Assembly: GCA_951406725.2 (NCBI GenBank)
Contig: OX597820.1
Location: 51,274,001-51,338,000, forward strand
Source of the DNA: Octopus vulgaris
Taxonomy: Eukaryota
Direction: 5' to 3'
DNA length: 64,000 nt
In this document: piece after piece, positions 40,923 to 55,429 of the stretch
How positions within the stretch are numbered: the first letter of the stretch is position 1
Layout of the letters: the number at the start of each line of letters is the position of its first letter
Position numbers and translations under genes: made by a program
The notes under the pieces: model-generated
Told to the model about the DNA's origin: nothing
The model's database searches: none
What the model saw: only the letters and a program-made list of their open reading frames with translations

Positions 40923-43672
40923 CCCTCCGCTGGTGCGAATCTGTATTTTTCATGGTTAGAGCGATGGTGAATGGACAACCCCCACTCATGGTTTTAGCTA
41001 TTTTTAGTACTTTTTTTATTTCTTTATATGTATTCTTAAGCAATAATATTGTCAAAATCCTATTTTGATATAATGTATTTATTTAATATGTAAACAAACA
41101 CAAACTTCTTAAAAGTGAAGGTGAAGCAAAATATAACTATGTTTCGTGGGGAGTGTTCTACTTTCATATTTATTATTTCCTCGTTGTTTGCACTATCCTC
41201 CTCATCATACTGAACAAAGCAGCCAGTGCACACGTGAATAGCATGTTCCAAGTAGACATGCTTATAGTACTTCTGGCAGTAATTTCTTGTCTTACGATCT
41301 TTTGACGTTGGGCACAATGTGCATATTCGTATGAAATTTTCATGATGGCGTTTTGCGGGTAATTCCGTATATGATGAGAAATTTTGACTGTGATGGCCTC
41401 GACAACCAATGTTCACGTGTTTTATTCACAAAGACAGTAGCTGAAATAAACAAAACACTATACCGAAAGCAAGCTTCTTACCGTACAGTCATGCCAGTAT
41501 ATTCACCAGGAATAAAGACTTTCTATTTATAAAATTTCAGTCATCACCGTTACCAAATTCATGCAAAATCCACATATGTATATAATAGTAGATATACACA
41601 CGTTCTTCCCCACTCGCAGATAAAAATCATACAAACATTCACACACGAACACACACACACACACACACACACACACTTTCCTCAAATATAGGTTTGTCTT
41701 GCGATGATGGATATGGTCCTCCACCAACTTTAGTCCCAATTCCCTTAGAAATTTTCGGCGCCTGATACGTGTGCGAGAGTTTGCCATGAATATACTGTAT
41801 GCATTAATTACTGCGATATTGAGTATGGTGTAGAAAACTATAATTGGCCAACATCGAGTTCTTCTGGAAACTTTGTAGATGGAAGATGTTGTCTATTCCT
41901 CCTATAGTACTGTTGTTTTTTCATTTGTTCTTTTACCAATTGCAGCATCATGATGCATTGTCCTCAGTAGGACATTTCCCCTTTATTCTGAATATATGAC
42001 GTCAGTGTAGCATCCTTCTAGAAACCAAAGAGACTTATGTATTCAGTTCTGCCTCTTGAAACAACAAATTGAGGGAAAAGTTCTATTCTGTTCCTTCTCA
42101 GAGTGCTAACCAGCCAACAAATGTTGATCTATAATTCCTCCAGAGATCACCAGCAAGTTTTTAACTTATGAACTAATTGTCCAGTATATTTATTCCAGAT
42201 GCATTTATATGAATCCACCAATCGTTTTACCTATGCTGTCCCTGAATTATCTACTATAGAAGGACCTTCTGGTTGTTTCCTCAAATAGACCTCCATACAT
42301 GACAAAGAAAGTTTTAGCATCTGCCAAAATAAATTTTCTTATGCCATATTTTGCTTTTATAATTGGCATGAAGGCCCTGAATGGACAGTGTCCTCTAAAG
42401 TCAGCCAAAATCCAATCTATTGTCACAAACACGGAGACATTATAATTAGCGATACAATTATCAACAAATTTCTCAAATAACTTTCTAAAAGTTGCAAACT
42501 TAACCCCTGACCTTTCAGTTTGGGTGTGGATGTCATCAAACCTCATGGACCTGAACAGGAAACGGAATCACTGCAAGGGAAAATTTCATTTCCTGTAAGA
42601 ACGGTTGACTTAACATCGTCCATATTCATTCGCTTTGCTCTAAAAGCTCCTAACAGATAAAGCAGTCCTATTGCAGCTTTCAGCCGCTTTTCATAATTAT
42701 TTTTCTCTTTTTGACTAATCTTTACAATTTCTTTGTTTACTGTCAATGTAGATATTACTGTGAGGAGCTACTAATTCATTCAGAAGTTCTTCTGTGAGAA
42801 ACAAACACCAGCAGTCCTCTGCAGCTTACACATGTTTCGCTGCTCCTTTGTGTACATTGTGTGCTGCAGGTGTAGATCGTGGAAGACTTGGGAGAACCTC
42901 TTCCTAGAGAGTTTTATTGTTTGGCATATAAACTATTTTACTGTGTCCCTGGTAGCCTGTTTTTTATCTGCATCATTAGCTTCATATGTTTCTTCTAAAG
43001 TATTATCTGGTGAGGTCTGCAACATGTCATCTGCTTCAGTTCCTCCCTTTTCATCTGTCATTTCTTCATCATCTGTTTGTTTCTTCCTCAGCTATACTCT
43101 CTCCTTCCCTTTTAGATTCTTCTTCATCTGGTTCTTTATCAAGAAATGATCCTGTTTCGTCTATATCTAATTCTCTCTCAACCATCTCTCTCATTTTTTC
43201 TATTTATCTTTCGTAGTCCATTGTGAATATGAGATGAAAGAACATTTCTCGCTTTTACGACACTTTTATTAATTAAACCCATTTCTCGAATTCCAATTCA
43301 TTTTCGCTATAAAATATAGCCAGTAGGAAAAAGAAAGACTACTTTGAACGAATATGTTAGTCATTTGACAATATATAATTTTATACGAGAAATAATCATC
43401 ATTTCAGTTATAGAAATAACTAAGTGAAATACAAAATAATAAAGAAAAAAGGAAGTGAATGGCATGGTGGGGTATACACAACCCTAGAAACAAATAACAC
43501 ATGAGTACACTTCTGATCACTTACAAATTAACTGAGCGGATGTAGTTCATTATCTCAGAGGAGTGTGCCAAGGAATTACATGGATGGAGAACACTATCAC
43601 GGCTGCCAGATGTAAGATACTCACATATAAACGTCACCTGGGTATGAGTTACCCCACCGCATCACCGGAGGA
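40923..43672 (-). mobile_element. Full-span decayed piggyBac transposon
   Basis: TTAA(40919-40922)-CCCTCCGCTGGTGCG ... CGCATCACCGGAGGA-CTAA; RFDD...FRGHCPFRAFMP..KAKYGI; C-terminal Cys-rich CTLCP...HVCTGC. Confidence 0.9.
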
Positions 43673-43679
43673 CTAATTT

Positions 43680-43902
43680 TTTCAGCAATTAGATTGCGGC
43701 CTTGATGTAGCACCACCTTGAAGAATTAGATTCGAATGTATCGATCCGAGTATTTTTTAAAGCCAGATATTTGGGCTATCGACCTCTTTTAACGAACCGG
43801 TAAGTTATGGGGATATAAACACACCAACACACTGGTTGTCAAGTGATAGTGGCGGGTACAAAACAAACAAACATACACATACACACACGCACACATACAC
43901 AT

Positions 43903-43984
<82 letters not shown>

Positions 43985-44122
43985 TGCGGGCTTGTCTCAG
44001 TTTCCGTCTACCAAATCGACTCACTTTGGTCGGCCCGAAGCTATACTAGAAAACATTTGTACAAGTTGCTGGACAATGGGACTGAACACGGAACCATGTG
44101 GTTGTAAAGCAAGATTCCTTAT
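43680..44122 (-). mobile_element. SINE (family C), diverged
   Basis: Matches 59213-59625. Confidence 0.7.
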
Positions 44123-44385
44123 TTTATGAAATTGTCTATGAAAGCCTTACACAGAAAGGACAGCAGAAAGTGGGGATGAAAAGAAAAACGACGAATGACA
44201 AGAATGAATTAATATAATGACAGATGAAAAGAAGCCGTTTGGCCCCACCTCCGAGCAACTTCATTGAACCTGTTAATACAACTTTTTTAGAATACAATTA
44301 TTTACAGTATCATTTACAACAATTAATCACCATTTTTTTTTTTACAATGTCTATAATGTATTTTTTGAATATATCTACATACACA

Positions 44386-44782
44386 GGCGCAGGAGTAGCT
44401 GTGTGGTAAGTAGCTTCCTTACCAACCACATCGTTCCGGGTTTAGTCCCACTGCGTGGCACTTTGGGCAAGTGTCTTCTACTATAGCCTCGGGCCGACCA
44501 AAGCCTTGTGAGTGGATTTGGTAGACGGAAACTGAAAGAAGCCCGTAGTATATACATATATATATATGTATGTGTGTGTGTGCGTGTATGTTTGTGTGTC
44601 TGTGTTTGTCCCCCTAGCAGTGCATGACAACCGATGCTGGTGTGTTGACGTCCCCGTCAACTAGCGGTTCGGCAAAAGAGACGGATAGAATAAGTACTGG
44701 GCTTACAAAGAATAAGTCCCGCTGTCGACTAAAGGCGGTGCTCCAGCATGACCGCAGTAAAATGACTGAAACAGTAAAAGAC
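44386..44782 (+). mobile_element. SINE (family C)
   Basis: GGCGCAGGAGTAGCTGTGTGGTAAG head, internal (TA)/(TG) tract, GAATAAGTAC body. Confidence 0.85.
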
Positions 44783-44829
44783 ATACTTTATCCATACCGG
44801 CAATGTGCTGGTGTGTAATGTTTTGACCC

Positions 44830-45980
44830 ACCACTTGCAGGCATAATTTTCCACATACTTATGTAATCTAAACACGTTCTCCGGGTCTGCCAACGCGCAG
44901 TGAATGTCCTCGGGCAGACACCTTACTCCCGTTACATCCACTTTAATTACTCTGTTCCACGAGTCTACCTCATTCTACAGTTCTCCATTCTACAGTTCTC
45001 CATTGTACAGTTTCACCATTATACGTTAGTATATATTTTTCTGTACAGGGCGGAGTTGGTTAAGTTTGAGGCTCCTGTATGTTTGCACTTGTTTTTATGT
45101 CAGATAAGTTATGGGGAGGATTGGTGTCTGTAGGGAGTCATTTGGCTAGAGTGGGTGTGAGTGAGGCTCGAGTGGCTCTGGGTTGGGGTTCATCCTTTAC
45201 CAAATGTGTCCTCTTTTTATTTTCTCTTCTCTTTTTCTGCCATTTTCCAATGATATTCGCCTCCTCTTCCTCGACGCTTGTACATATTTTCATTTGTGAT
45301 GCAACATCACTTTCTTTTTCTTCCACGGGCAGTGGAATACCAACCATTTTTGCACTCTGTCACTCCTTAACCTTTCCTAGTGGTGGAGGACAATCCGCTC
45401 AGATGTAGCCTTCCAGGTCACATTTATAACACCGCGGAACCCTCCCTTCCACTCTGATGTTTCAATATTGTCTCTCCTACTGTGATGGTCTCGGCCAACT
45501 TTTCTATAGTTTCTTCCGCGAGTTGCACCACCATCTAAGGGTTTGTCCCTTCCAGTTCCTATGTGGTGCTCTGGTGGCCAGGAGGACCACCACCTTCTCC
45601 TTCTTGCCCAGCAGTCTGGCAGCAGCCAGGTTACATCCACATCTGAGGGTATTTCCTCAACCCTACCTCCTTCCAACCTTGAAGCACGTCTCCCGTGTGT
45701 AGAAGAACCACTTCATCTTCTTTCAGTGGTGATTCTGAGTGCAGCCAAGCGATAGCTACCTTTCCGAACTGCACCTCCACCTTTCCAAACTTTTTCCTCT
45801 GGCAACGTAGGAAATCCTCTGCCAGATTGATCTCAGTGCCTTTTGTATTTGAGTCGTTGAACTGATCTCGATCTTCTTTGCTGCCACAGAGAATATATGC
45901 TAAATTATTGTCATTTCTATTGCTTCCTTTAACACTCCTTTGGCGGAGAACACCTTCACTTCGTTTACCTCCCTTTTAAG
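44830..45980 (-). mobile_element. Non-LTR retrotransposon remnant (ORF1-like)
   Basis: VEEIPSDVDVTWLL, similar to the 7.9 kb fragment; purine-rich broken ORFs. Confidence 0.35.
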
Positions 45981-45989
45981 CATTTCTAT

Positions 45990-46565
45990 ATATAAATATA
46001 GAATGGTGACAACAATGCTCCGATATTTACGGTAAATTGCAGTCGATAATTTACGAAGATATGATAAAGCTTTACTGTATATACTGAGAAAGAAGTGTGC
46101 GGCTGGCGAGCATAAGAAATGTTATCTTACCTGTAGGAAGATCATCAGATAAATGTCCAATTCAGATGTGGATAATCTAGGACCTAAGTTTCAAACTTTC
46201 ACAAGAGCAAAATTTCAAATGTTGCCACATCAATGCCAGTACTATCGCTAACAGGAGCGAGAACAGTGAAAAAGTTTTCAAAGAAACGATTTAACATACA
46301 GCAATACAAGAGTATTGTTTTCTCGTAAAATAAAGCACCATGCAGATAAGTATAAATATAGATATAGAATGGTGGTACAACAATATACCAGTATTTACTG
46401 GAAATAACAGTCGATAATATGCGACGCTATAATAAAGTTTCACTGTGTATAGTGGCAAAGATGTTCGCGTGAGGTAAACATAAGAAATTTCATCTTGTAG
46501 GAAAAACATCAAATAAATGTCCAACCAATATGTGGATTATCTAATGCCTAGGTTTCAAACTCTTC
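45990..46565 (-). pseudogene. Diverged tandem pair of M1-M2-like fragments
   Basis: Both units read LDIYLM..LQ...ISY...YTVKLY....YRL.F.VN.G.LL. Confidence 0.4.
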
Positions 46566-46681
46566 GAGATACCTTTGTTAACGTAAACTTGATTAATTTC
46601 CTTCAGAACAAAATTAAAATAGAGTAAAATAAAGCATCATGCGGTTAAAGTATAAATATATGTGTGTGTGTGTTTGTGTAG

Positions 46682-46730
<49 letters not shown>

Positions 46731-48039
46731 TACACACATAGACACACACATACATATAATGGGCATGTATATCAAGTCTCTGTTGGGTGAAACTAGTAAC
46801 ATGTAACGCAGGGCATCTAGTTGCATGGTGAGGCCGTCGGCGACTAAACTGGAACCCCATCAAGCTTGCTTAGTGAGGAGAATGAATGTTAGACACCCTG
46901 TAGAACGGAAAATAATACCTGTCAAACGCAGAAGAGTCCATAAGTAGTGAACGTCCATCCAATAATATGTATATATGTGCATGTGTGGACGTATGTATGC
47001 ACGGGGACGGGAAAATACTTGGGTTAGCGTCCTGGGTTAGTGGTTGGAACACTGGGAGTGGGAAGCCCGTTTGTTGTCACAACTTCTCTCTAGGAGAGGA
47101 AGAATCTGAGAGAAAACCTGTGACACTGACAATCTTTAATGATGTAGACTAGTTCTTTTTTTCAAGTTTATGTTTTCCATGTCCAGGGAGTATGATTGGA
47201 TTTGTGCAAATCCTTGCCCACTATAAAAAAAAATAAAAAATGTTCATGCACAGGCACTGCTTCTAAAAATAAACACAATACTTCTTGCAAAGATGGCTGG
47301 TCGTAGACTTTACCTGTGTGGTACTTTCGATCAGGCGATTGCAATACTCCAACAAGAATTTGTAGCTATCTTATATGTATGTACGTAGGTATGTATGTAT
47401 GCATGTATGTATGTATGAAAAAGTTGTGTTAAAAGTTCCACCTAGCGCATGTGAATATATGTGAATATATCTAATGTTATATTTATTCTTTTCGTTGCAC
47501 ATTTTGCTTAATCGACCATGAAACAAGCAAAACCTAAGTCAAGCTCGTTAGTATTTGAAATCAGAACGTTAAAATGGAAGAAATACCGTAAAGCATTTTG
47601 CTCGGCATGTTAACAATTCAGCCAGTTCACCGCCTTTATCCGTCTACTAAAACATATTTCAAATTTTGGCGCGAGATCAGTAAATTTGAAGCGGGTTAAG
47701 TCGATTACATCGACCACATTGTTCAACTGGTGCTTATTTTATCGACCCCAAAATGTTGAATATCAAGGCTGACCTCTGCAGAATGTGAACTGAGAACGTG
47801 AAGAAACGCGAAATGCAAATAAACATTGTCCGATGCGGGAAAGATTCAGTTAGTTCGCTACGTTTATTTGTCTAACTAGTGGAAGTAATTTGAGAATTGA
47901 TGGGAAATTGTGTAATGTAACTCATGATTTGACACGTAATTTTTTTAAAGTTGTGTATTCTTGGTATAATAAGTTGAGTTTTGTTCAGGTTAAACCTATA
48001 CCGACGTCATTGAATTATTATATTGATGTTTCTAACTAG

Positions 48040-48260
48040 TAATGAGAGCCACGACGCCCCCTTGCGACTGGGCTGAGTGATTAAAAATCGTACCGGTGGA
48101 AGTGACGTTTGTGTGTTAGTTCAAGTTGATTTCGCAGAGAAGTCGGAAGGTGTCGGTTGGTTAGTTCGACTGGAATATTGATTGTTCGTGAAAAGTTTAT
48201 TGCATGGTTATGTTGCTATTACGGCTGCGTCGTTATATTGTTTTCTGTTACCACACTGTA
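48040..48260 (+). pseudogene. Possible Cys-loop receptor-like N-terminal remnant
   Basis: RRPLA then PVEVTFVC*FKLIS. Confidence 0.35.
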
Positions 48261-48729
48261 CCAGTGTATCTAAACCATCCGCCACAATGTCGTGTTGGAA
48301 CTACGATACGGGAAACAGAGAATGCAACACTAACTATACCAAAATAGCTAATCAATGCTTCTATAATGTATGCAAGGTGATGATGTTTTGTACATATTGT
48401 GTTTAAGATGCATTGGGGAAGGGAACATGATATGACGTGTGTGAGAGAGTAAAGAGAGAGTGATAAGAGTGGAGAGAGGCGGAAATCAACTCAATGAGCA
48501 GAATAGTGAGAACGAGTAGATTGAGTGAGAGAAGAGAGCGAGAGAGTGATTGAGGGAGAGAGAGGGGGAGATAGAGTGATAGTGAGAGAGAGGGAGAGTG
48601 ACAAAGAGAGAAGGTAGAAATATCAACAGGGAGGGTAATGGGGAAGACTGGAGGCGAAAAGGAAGTAGCTTAGAGAATAATCCGATTTTTTACAATTTCG
48701 AATTTATAAGAGTTTATATTTCTTTGTGC

Positions 48730-50333
48730 TCGAGGCGCACGGCCTGACATTTTGTATGAGGTGATAGTCAATTACTTGACCCACGTGCTCGACCTCGGCG
48801 GAATTTCACCTTAGAAATGCCCCTAAGTAATTTGTAGTGCACAGTGTAGATTTTGCCAGTTCACCACCTCTAAAAGTATTAATATACTTTCCTACTCTTG
48901 ACACAAGGCCCGAAATTTTTGAGAAGATCCAGTCGATTAGACGTAAACCAGTACGCAACTGGTACTTAATTTATCGACCCCGTAATGATGAAAGGCATAG
49001 TCGACCACGGTGGAATGAAGAATTTTTATATTCTAGGCACAAGGCATTGAAAAGTTTTAGGTAAGGGGGATAGTTGACTGTTTCGAACCAAGTGTTTCAC
49101 TGGTACGTATTTCATCGACCCCGAAAGGATGAAAGGCAAAGTCGACCTCGATGGGATTTGAACTCAGTACATAGCGGCAGACGAAATAACGCTAAAAGTA
49201 TTAATATTATAACTGTTCAAAGGGGCGAATTATCAGCAACATTAAGACGCGGGCGAAATGCGTAGCGGCATTTCATCTATCTTCATGTTTGGTGTTCAAA
49301 TTCTGCTGCAGACGTTTTTGACTCTCAACCGTTCGGGGCCGATAAAAGAAGCAAAACTCATCTTGTGGCAAGATTTGAAAACAATTTTATAATTGTCCAA
49401 GGCGATGAGGTGGCACAATCGTGTGCACGCCGGGCGAAATTCTTAGCGGCATTTTTTTACTCTCTCTTTCATACTGTCGATCTAATCGACTAGCGCTCTG
49501 CCTTGTACCATGCGGTGAGCCGGAAGATTTGTTAACACGACACGCTAAATGATTAGTGCTGTTTCATACGTCTTTAGACTCTGAGTTCAAATCTTGCTGA
49601 GGTGGATTTCACATATTTGAGGATCGACCAAATAAGTACCAGCAGGAATTGGAGTTGATTTCAAAGACTTACCCATTTCCCAGTAATTGCTGGCCTTGTG
49701 GCAAAATATGAAACCAATATTACAATTGTCCTATTTCCCTAAAACAGTATCAAAAACCATCGCTTTGTTTCCTCCATTTTATTCCTGCAGGAATTAAACC
49801 CATTTCTTGATTTGCAATTCATTTTCGCTATAAAATATAGCCAGTAGGGAAAAAAAAGACTACTTTGAACGAATATGAATGTCAACTGTTGCATATACAC
49901 AACACTAAAACGTGACGAATTCTAATTCGTAATTTACACATATATACATAGCAGCGAGCTGGAAGAAACGTTAGCACGCTGGACGAAATGCTTAGCAGTA
50001 TTTCGCCTGCCGTTACGTTCTGAGTTCAAATTCTGCCAGGGTCGACTTTCCCTTTCATCCTTTTGGGGTCGATTAAATAAGTACCAGTTACGTACTGGGT
50101 CGATATAATCGACTTAATTCGTTTGTCTGTCCTTGTTTGTCCCCTCTGTGTGTAGCCCCTTGTGGGTAGTAAAGAAATAAGTATTTCGTCTGTCTTTACG
50201 TTCTAAGTTCAAATTCGACTTTGCCTTTCATCCTTTCGGGGTCAATAAATTAAGTACCAGTTGCGTACTGGGATCGATCTAATCGACTGGCCCCTTCCCC
50301 CAAAATTTGGGACCTTATGCCTTGAGTAGAAAC
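48730..50333. mobile_element. Cluster of SINE family D copies (best copy 49951-50333, +)
   Basis: Repeated GCGAGCTGG..GTTAGCACG..GAAATGCTTAGC..GAGTTCAAATTC..CCTTTCATCCTTT.GGGGTC motifs in both orientations. Confidence 0.8.
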
Positions 50334-52364
50334 GAATTTATACATACTTACATATTCATACAAGCACAACACACGATACACATGAACACATCTTACATAC
50401 ACACATACGTGCATACATACACACACACATACATGTACACACGTAAATAATACAAAAACAATGTAGACGTTCGGGGATTTGGAAGGTGTAGATAACACAG
50501 GATATCTATATTCTCTGTTTTACCACTTTTCTCTACTCCACTTTTGGCCTTGATATCTGTGTTTTTGTGATGGTTATTCTCCTTTCATTTGTTATTCGAA
50601 ATTTTTTATCCATTCATCACTAATATTAATGGAATCACTTTATATGTTTGAATGTTCACTTAAAGGAAAATGGATTATTTCTCTTTTCTAAGATTAATGT
50701 CAATGTGATTGCCATTTTCTATATCCCACATGCATAACCGATATACTTTTCAAATACTTGCTTCCGTTTAAATGTGTACTGCATAAACAACAAGAACTTC
50801 GGGATTCTGTTGCGCGGCGAGAAACAGCATAGATTTCCAAACGCATGCGTTATACTTTGTAAGCTCAAGTTATCCACCTCTCTAGCTATCTACCCATCCA
50901 TCGATCTATGTATCTATTTAGCTAACTAACTCGGAAGCTATCTGTTTGTCTATTTACCGTTTCTTTACATTATACTTAGAACCAAAAGCTGAAGTTTCAC
51001 ATACCAGTTGTCTTCGTATCAAAATATTTGAAAGCTTGAAATTATTTTGATTGAGAGTCCAGATTTTTAATATGTACATGTTTATGAATGCATTCACACA
51101 CACGCACACACACAAAAATACATACACAAACACACGCTTCTGTTTATCTGTCGTATTAAGATAAGAAAAGAAGACAAAGTTCGACTAAACCATATAAACG
51201 TACTTTTAAAGTGTTATTCTGTTAAAATTTCCTGGGAGTATAGATAATTTCACCTTTTGGCTATGCAGAGGATTGAGAAATACTCTCTCACAAAAATCAG
51301 ACAATAAACAGAACACAAAATCTTCCACAAGGACACTATTTAGCAATTGTAATTAAATAATTATATGTACACGAAAATGAGAATCCCTGGTGGGTGAAGG
51401 ACAGAAGTTTTAGACCGTCAAAGATATGCTTTCCGCTTTTGGTTTGTGACCTTCATATCCTGAGTAGAGTTCTTACTGAAGTCAGATACCACTTTAATCT
51501 TTCTGGGGCTGATCGAATATTGAACCAATCACTTACTGGGACCAAAACGTTGTAATCAAATAAACTTCTTCCCTCACATTTGCTAGATTTATACTTAAAT
51601 ATTGCATTTGCTTACAAAATCGTAAACGTTAACGGAATAAAGTCAACAAACCACTAACTTGTATTTGATATTTTTTTAAAGTGACAGAATATTCGCATTT
51701 CCCCCATGTCTGACTTTTCCAACTGTCTTTATTTCCTTCTTTATTGATCTAAACACTATGCCAACTTCTGACTTAGCCATTTTCTAAAGGAATAATACTT
51801 TATGCATTTCGGTAATTGCTTCGTATTTCTATCACCACCAGATATTCCGTTTTCCTATTGTGCTATGAATAATAATATAAAATTAGAATTATGCAGAAAT
51901 TGTTTTCTGTTATTTTCATACATTCTTCTATTCTATAACCACTTCAATATCTTTCACAATGAAATATAAAAAAAAAATGCCACCACGAAATCGGAAAACA
52001 GAATACAAATGAAGAAAGAAAGAAACATAAACTTTTATGACGATTATTCTAGAAGGAATAAAATATCTTTCGTGTACGCACTGAAATGTTTACACATTCT
52101 CGTAACAAATCTATTCAAATTTTCTGTCTTTCTGTTTCTGCTGTTGATATTATGAGTTATTAACTGAGCACTTGGTGACGAGACATTACTGAAAACCTCA
52201 TATGTTTTCAATTGAAATAATAAAATAGAGAGTTTACACGATATAAAAGCCACATCCTAATACAGAACTACAATAACAACAAGAACGGTATGTGATTTAT
52301 CTTCTCATATATATATAGTGTATGTACATGTATTTATAATTATGTATGAATGTATATATCAATA

Positions 52365-52401
<37 letters not shown>

Positions 52402-52553
52402 CATATGCATTTACATATACATAATATAGTTGATTAAGTATATATACAAATAGATATATATGTAGATATGTACGTGTAATACACTCGCATACACACACAC
52501 ACACACACGCACATGTTTTATATATAAAGCACAATCCTCTTTGTGAATGTGTT

Positions 52554-52600
<47 letters not shown>

Positions 52601-53049
52601 GTGTGTGTGAGTGAGTGTGTGGATAGATGTATTCAGATGAAACCTTGAAATACATATGAGTGGGACAATTTAGAAGACGAAAATGTTGGTACACGCAGAA
52701 AGCAAAGCTTTAATGCATTCTAACTGTGCCGGCTCTGCTTGGTGTCATAATGATTTGTTCAATGTATAAGCAAAAGCATGGAACCCTATGGTGTAGGACA
52801 ATATTGCTATGGTTAATGCAAATCTGAGTGACTAAAGTAAAGGGTAGTATTAAAGTGCGGTTAGAACGCTGTTATTAGATCGGAAACGCTTTTATATGCT
52901 GCATTTGTATCGCTGAGCATTTGTGTAAGGACTCACTTTGTTTGAATTTTGTGGACAAATAATGATTTACAAGTATCAAGTAAACCAATGGACGATATGT
53001 ACGATTATTTTTGCTATAAAATTGATGAAAGGGAAACTTGTGATTCCGG

Positions 53050-53898
53050 ATATTGTTTCAGGAATTAAGTTGGCTTTGTAAAAATGGAAACGAAGGTGTG
53101 TTGTAATGGCTGGTAGAAGCGAAAATACCCAAGAGATTAACTGATTTGCAGATTTGCTGGACATGATTGATGCGAAGTTTTGGGATGTATAGTAATTGAT
53201 AACGTGATGCATAAAAGATTTGTGTCATTTATGGTTTGGGGAGTGAGAACGATGTACACGTCCTTATAACAAGGTCCAGTTAACTGAGAAATATAACCTT
53301 CATAATGGACAGCGCACATGCCAATGTAGTAAAGGTCACACTGATAATTATATTAAATAATGATCGAGGATGTATGTTCGGTATACTCGAATATCTATGG
53401 TCCTTTAGATATATAATATTGACGGATATGTTATGCTTAGAATTAAGCTGGAAAAAATATAAATATCAGTGAGGAATTTCAAGACATGCTGATCATGATC
53501 TGATATGTGACGGTTTTGTGATGGAAGGTTTGTAAGTCTGTGTAAAATTAGCTCTTCCAAATATTTGAAATGGGTCGATCTGTGATATGTTCTAAGGGAA
53601 GCATAGGCGACTGGAGTATTAACGAAATGGATCGCTGCATTGTCCTTATTCCACCTAGCTGGAATTGGATAACATAATCTCGGCGGTTTGTGAACTCAAA
53701 GGAAACATTGCAGCTGGATTGCAGGACTCAAAATTAATTTGTATACTAAATGTGTTGCTTACGGAGATCTGTCTATTGTCTACCAGTGTACAAGTCCTTC
53801 AGCCAAATCTTTTACGCTTACATCAAAGTGTGATATTTTGTAAAATGCAATGCTCCCTTCATCAAATTCAGTTCCATTTGCCAATTGTCTTGGAAATT
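53050..53898 (-). pseudogene. Decayed Cys-loop receptor-like gene, main exon
   Basis: NGT...FDVSVKD...HW* with nAChR-like spacing; SSC-x13-I-QFQLGG; M1-like DIYIFSSLILSITYP; SSIP plus M3-like LFNIIISVTFTTLACALSIM; M4-like QQICKSVNLLGIF. Confidence 0.6.
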
Positions 53899-55107
53899 CT
53901 GAAATAAATGTTCCGTTGTTTTCTAGTAAATTTATTCCATATTGAGAACAGCAATTTCAAGAATATCCAAGAGCTTTTACCCTCTGCGTGAATCTGAATG
54001 ATCTACAGATATATTGAAATCAATTAAATTCAAGTAGGTCGTATTTGTAAACCAGATGAAAACGTGTCCCTTTAGGAATCCCCTTTATCTGTAGTGTTAT
54101 AAATGGAAACATCATTAGTAATCAGGTCATACGATGCGTTGCAACATTAAGGAGGGGAAAGAAGGAAAATGAAGCAATGAAATGAACGAGATGATATTAG
54201 TAGGGAAATGGCTGGGTGATAGAGCAAGAGAGAGAAAGAGAGCGAGAGAGAGTGAGAGAGCGAGAGAGAGTGAGAGGAAGAGAATTAGTTAGAGAGACAG
54301 CGCGAGAGAGAGAGAGATAAAGTAAAGTTGCTAGGAGCAGGTGTTGAATAGAGACAATTGAAATAAACAGCGGTATTTAGAGCCTTAAAGTAAGCAGTGT
54401 ACATCGAAATAATAACTCTCAATGAGAAGCAACACACTAGGTTTCTATTACTTGATGTCACCAACTGTGTAAAGAACATTAGGTACGAAAACAAACGAGT
54501 TAAATATGCAATCAGCGGGAGTAAATGGAAAACTGGATAAATAACAGAGAGAACGGCGCTTCATCAGTTGACGCTTGTCTATCTACTCCTCATTTAGAGA
54601 ATTCAATATGAGTCTTCGAAGACAGTTGCTCCCATAAAATCCAAAATAAAATTTTGAATTTATGAAGGGTCAAATTTGGGAACAAACACAGGAGAGTCGC
54701 GACATAGAAGAAAACCGAACGAAAAGAGAAACGATAGAAGAGAGAGGTAGACGTACAGTCCTTAGAACGTCGGACAGGAAAAGAAAGAGGGTTACGCGAG
54801 GAAAAGAACGATGGACGATGGTTACGTGTGTGCATCGAGAGAGAGAGAGAAAAACATAAAGACGGAGAGAGAGTTAGACAGACAGATAGAAGTGGGTGAA
54901 GGGGAGAAAAGAGGAATTAGAGAAGGATGGATGAGAAAACAATATACAGAAGAGTCGCATCAAAAAGATTAAGGTAAACTTACTTGGAAATGGATGCGTG
55001 GCATTTAGTTATATAATATAAATAATATATATATATATAAATTCAGGATGAATACTTGATAAATGTAAGCACTTATATATGCCAGCTAGTAGCAGAGGTG
55101 AGAGGAC

Positions 55108-55364
55108 ATATGTATCAAATGAAATAAAAAAAACAGAAAACAAAGGATATCGCGGTACACGTGTTTCAAGCTTTATAAAACAACTTATTCTTACATCAAT
55201 GTATAATCGACATAACAGATGGTTTAAAGCTCTCTTCAGCAATTCCACGCGGCTGGAGAGAGATTTAAGTTATGTCGATTATACATTGATGTAAGAAAAG
55301 TTGTTTTATAAAGCTTAAAACACGTGTACCGCAACATCCCTTGTGTTCTGTCTTTTATTTCATT

Positions 55365-55372
<8 letters not shown>
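55108..55372. mobile_element. Fold-back PLE-type element with hammerhead on the minus strand (55151-55251)
   Basis: Arms 55108-55216 and 55269-55372; CTGAAGA-GAGCTTTA..TAAAGCTT-GAAA-CACGTG-TA-CCGCG. Confidence 0.75.

Positions 55373-55429
<57 letters not shown>

Noticed and set aside
48050-48380. Promoter (CTCF-like GACGCCCCCTTGCG, ETS/CRE-like GGAAGTGACGT) with first exon MSCWNYDTG...
   Set aside because: Short motifs with no downstream exons found; the same bases translate as RRPLA/PVEVTF, which fits the receptor-remnant model at least as well
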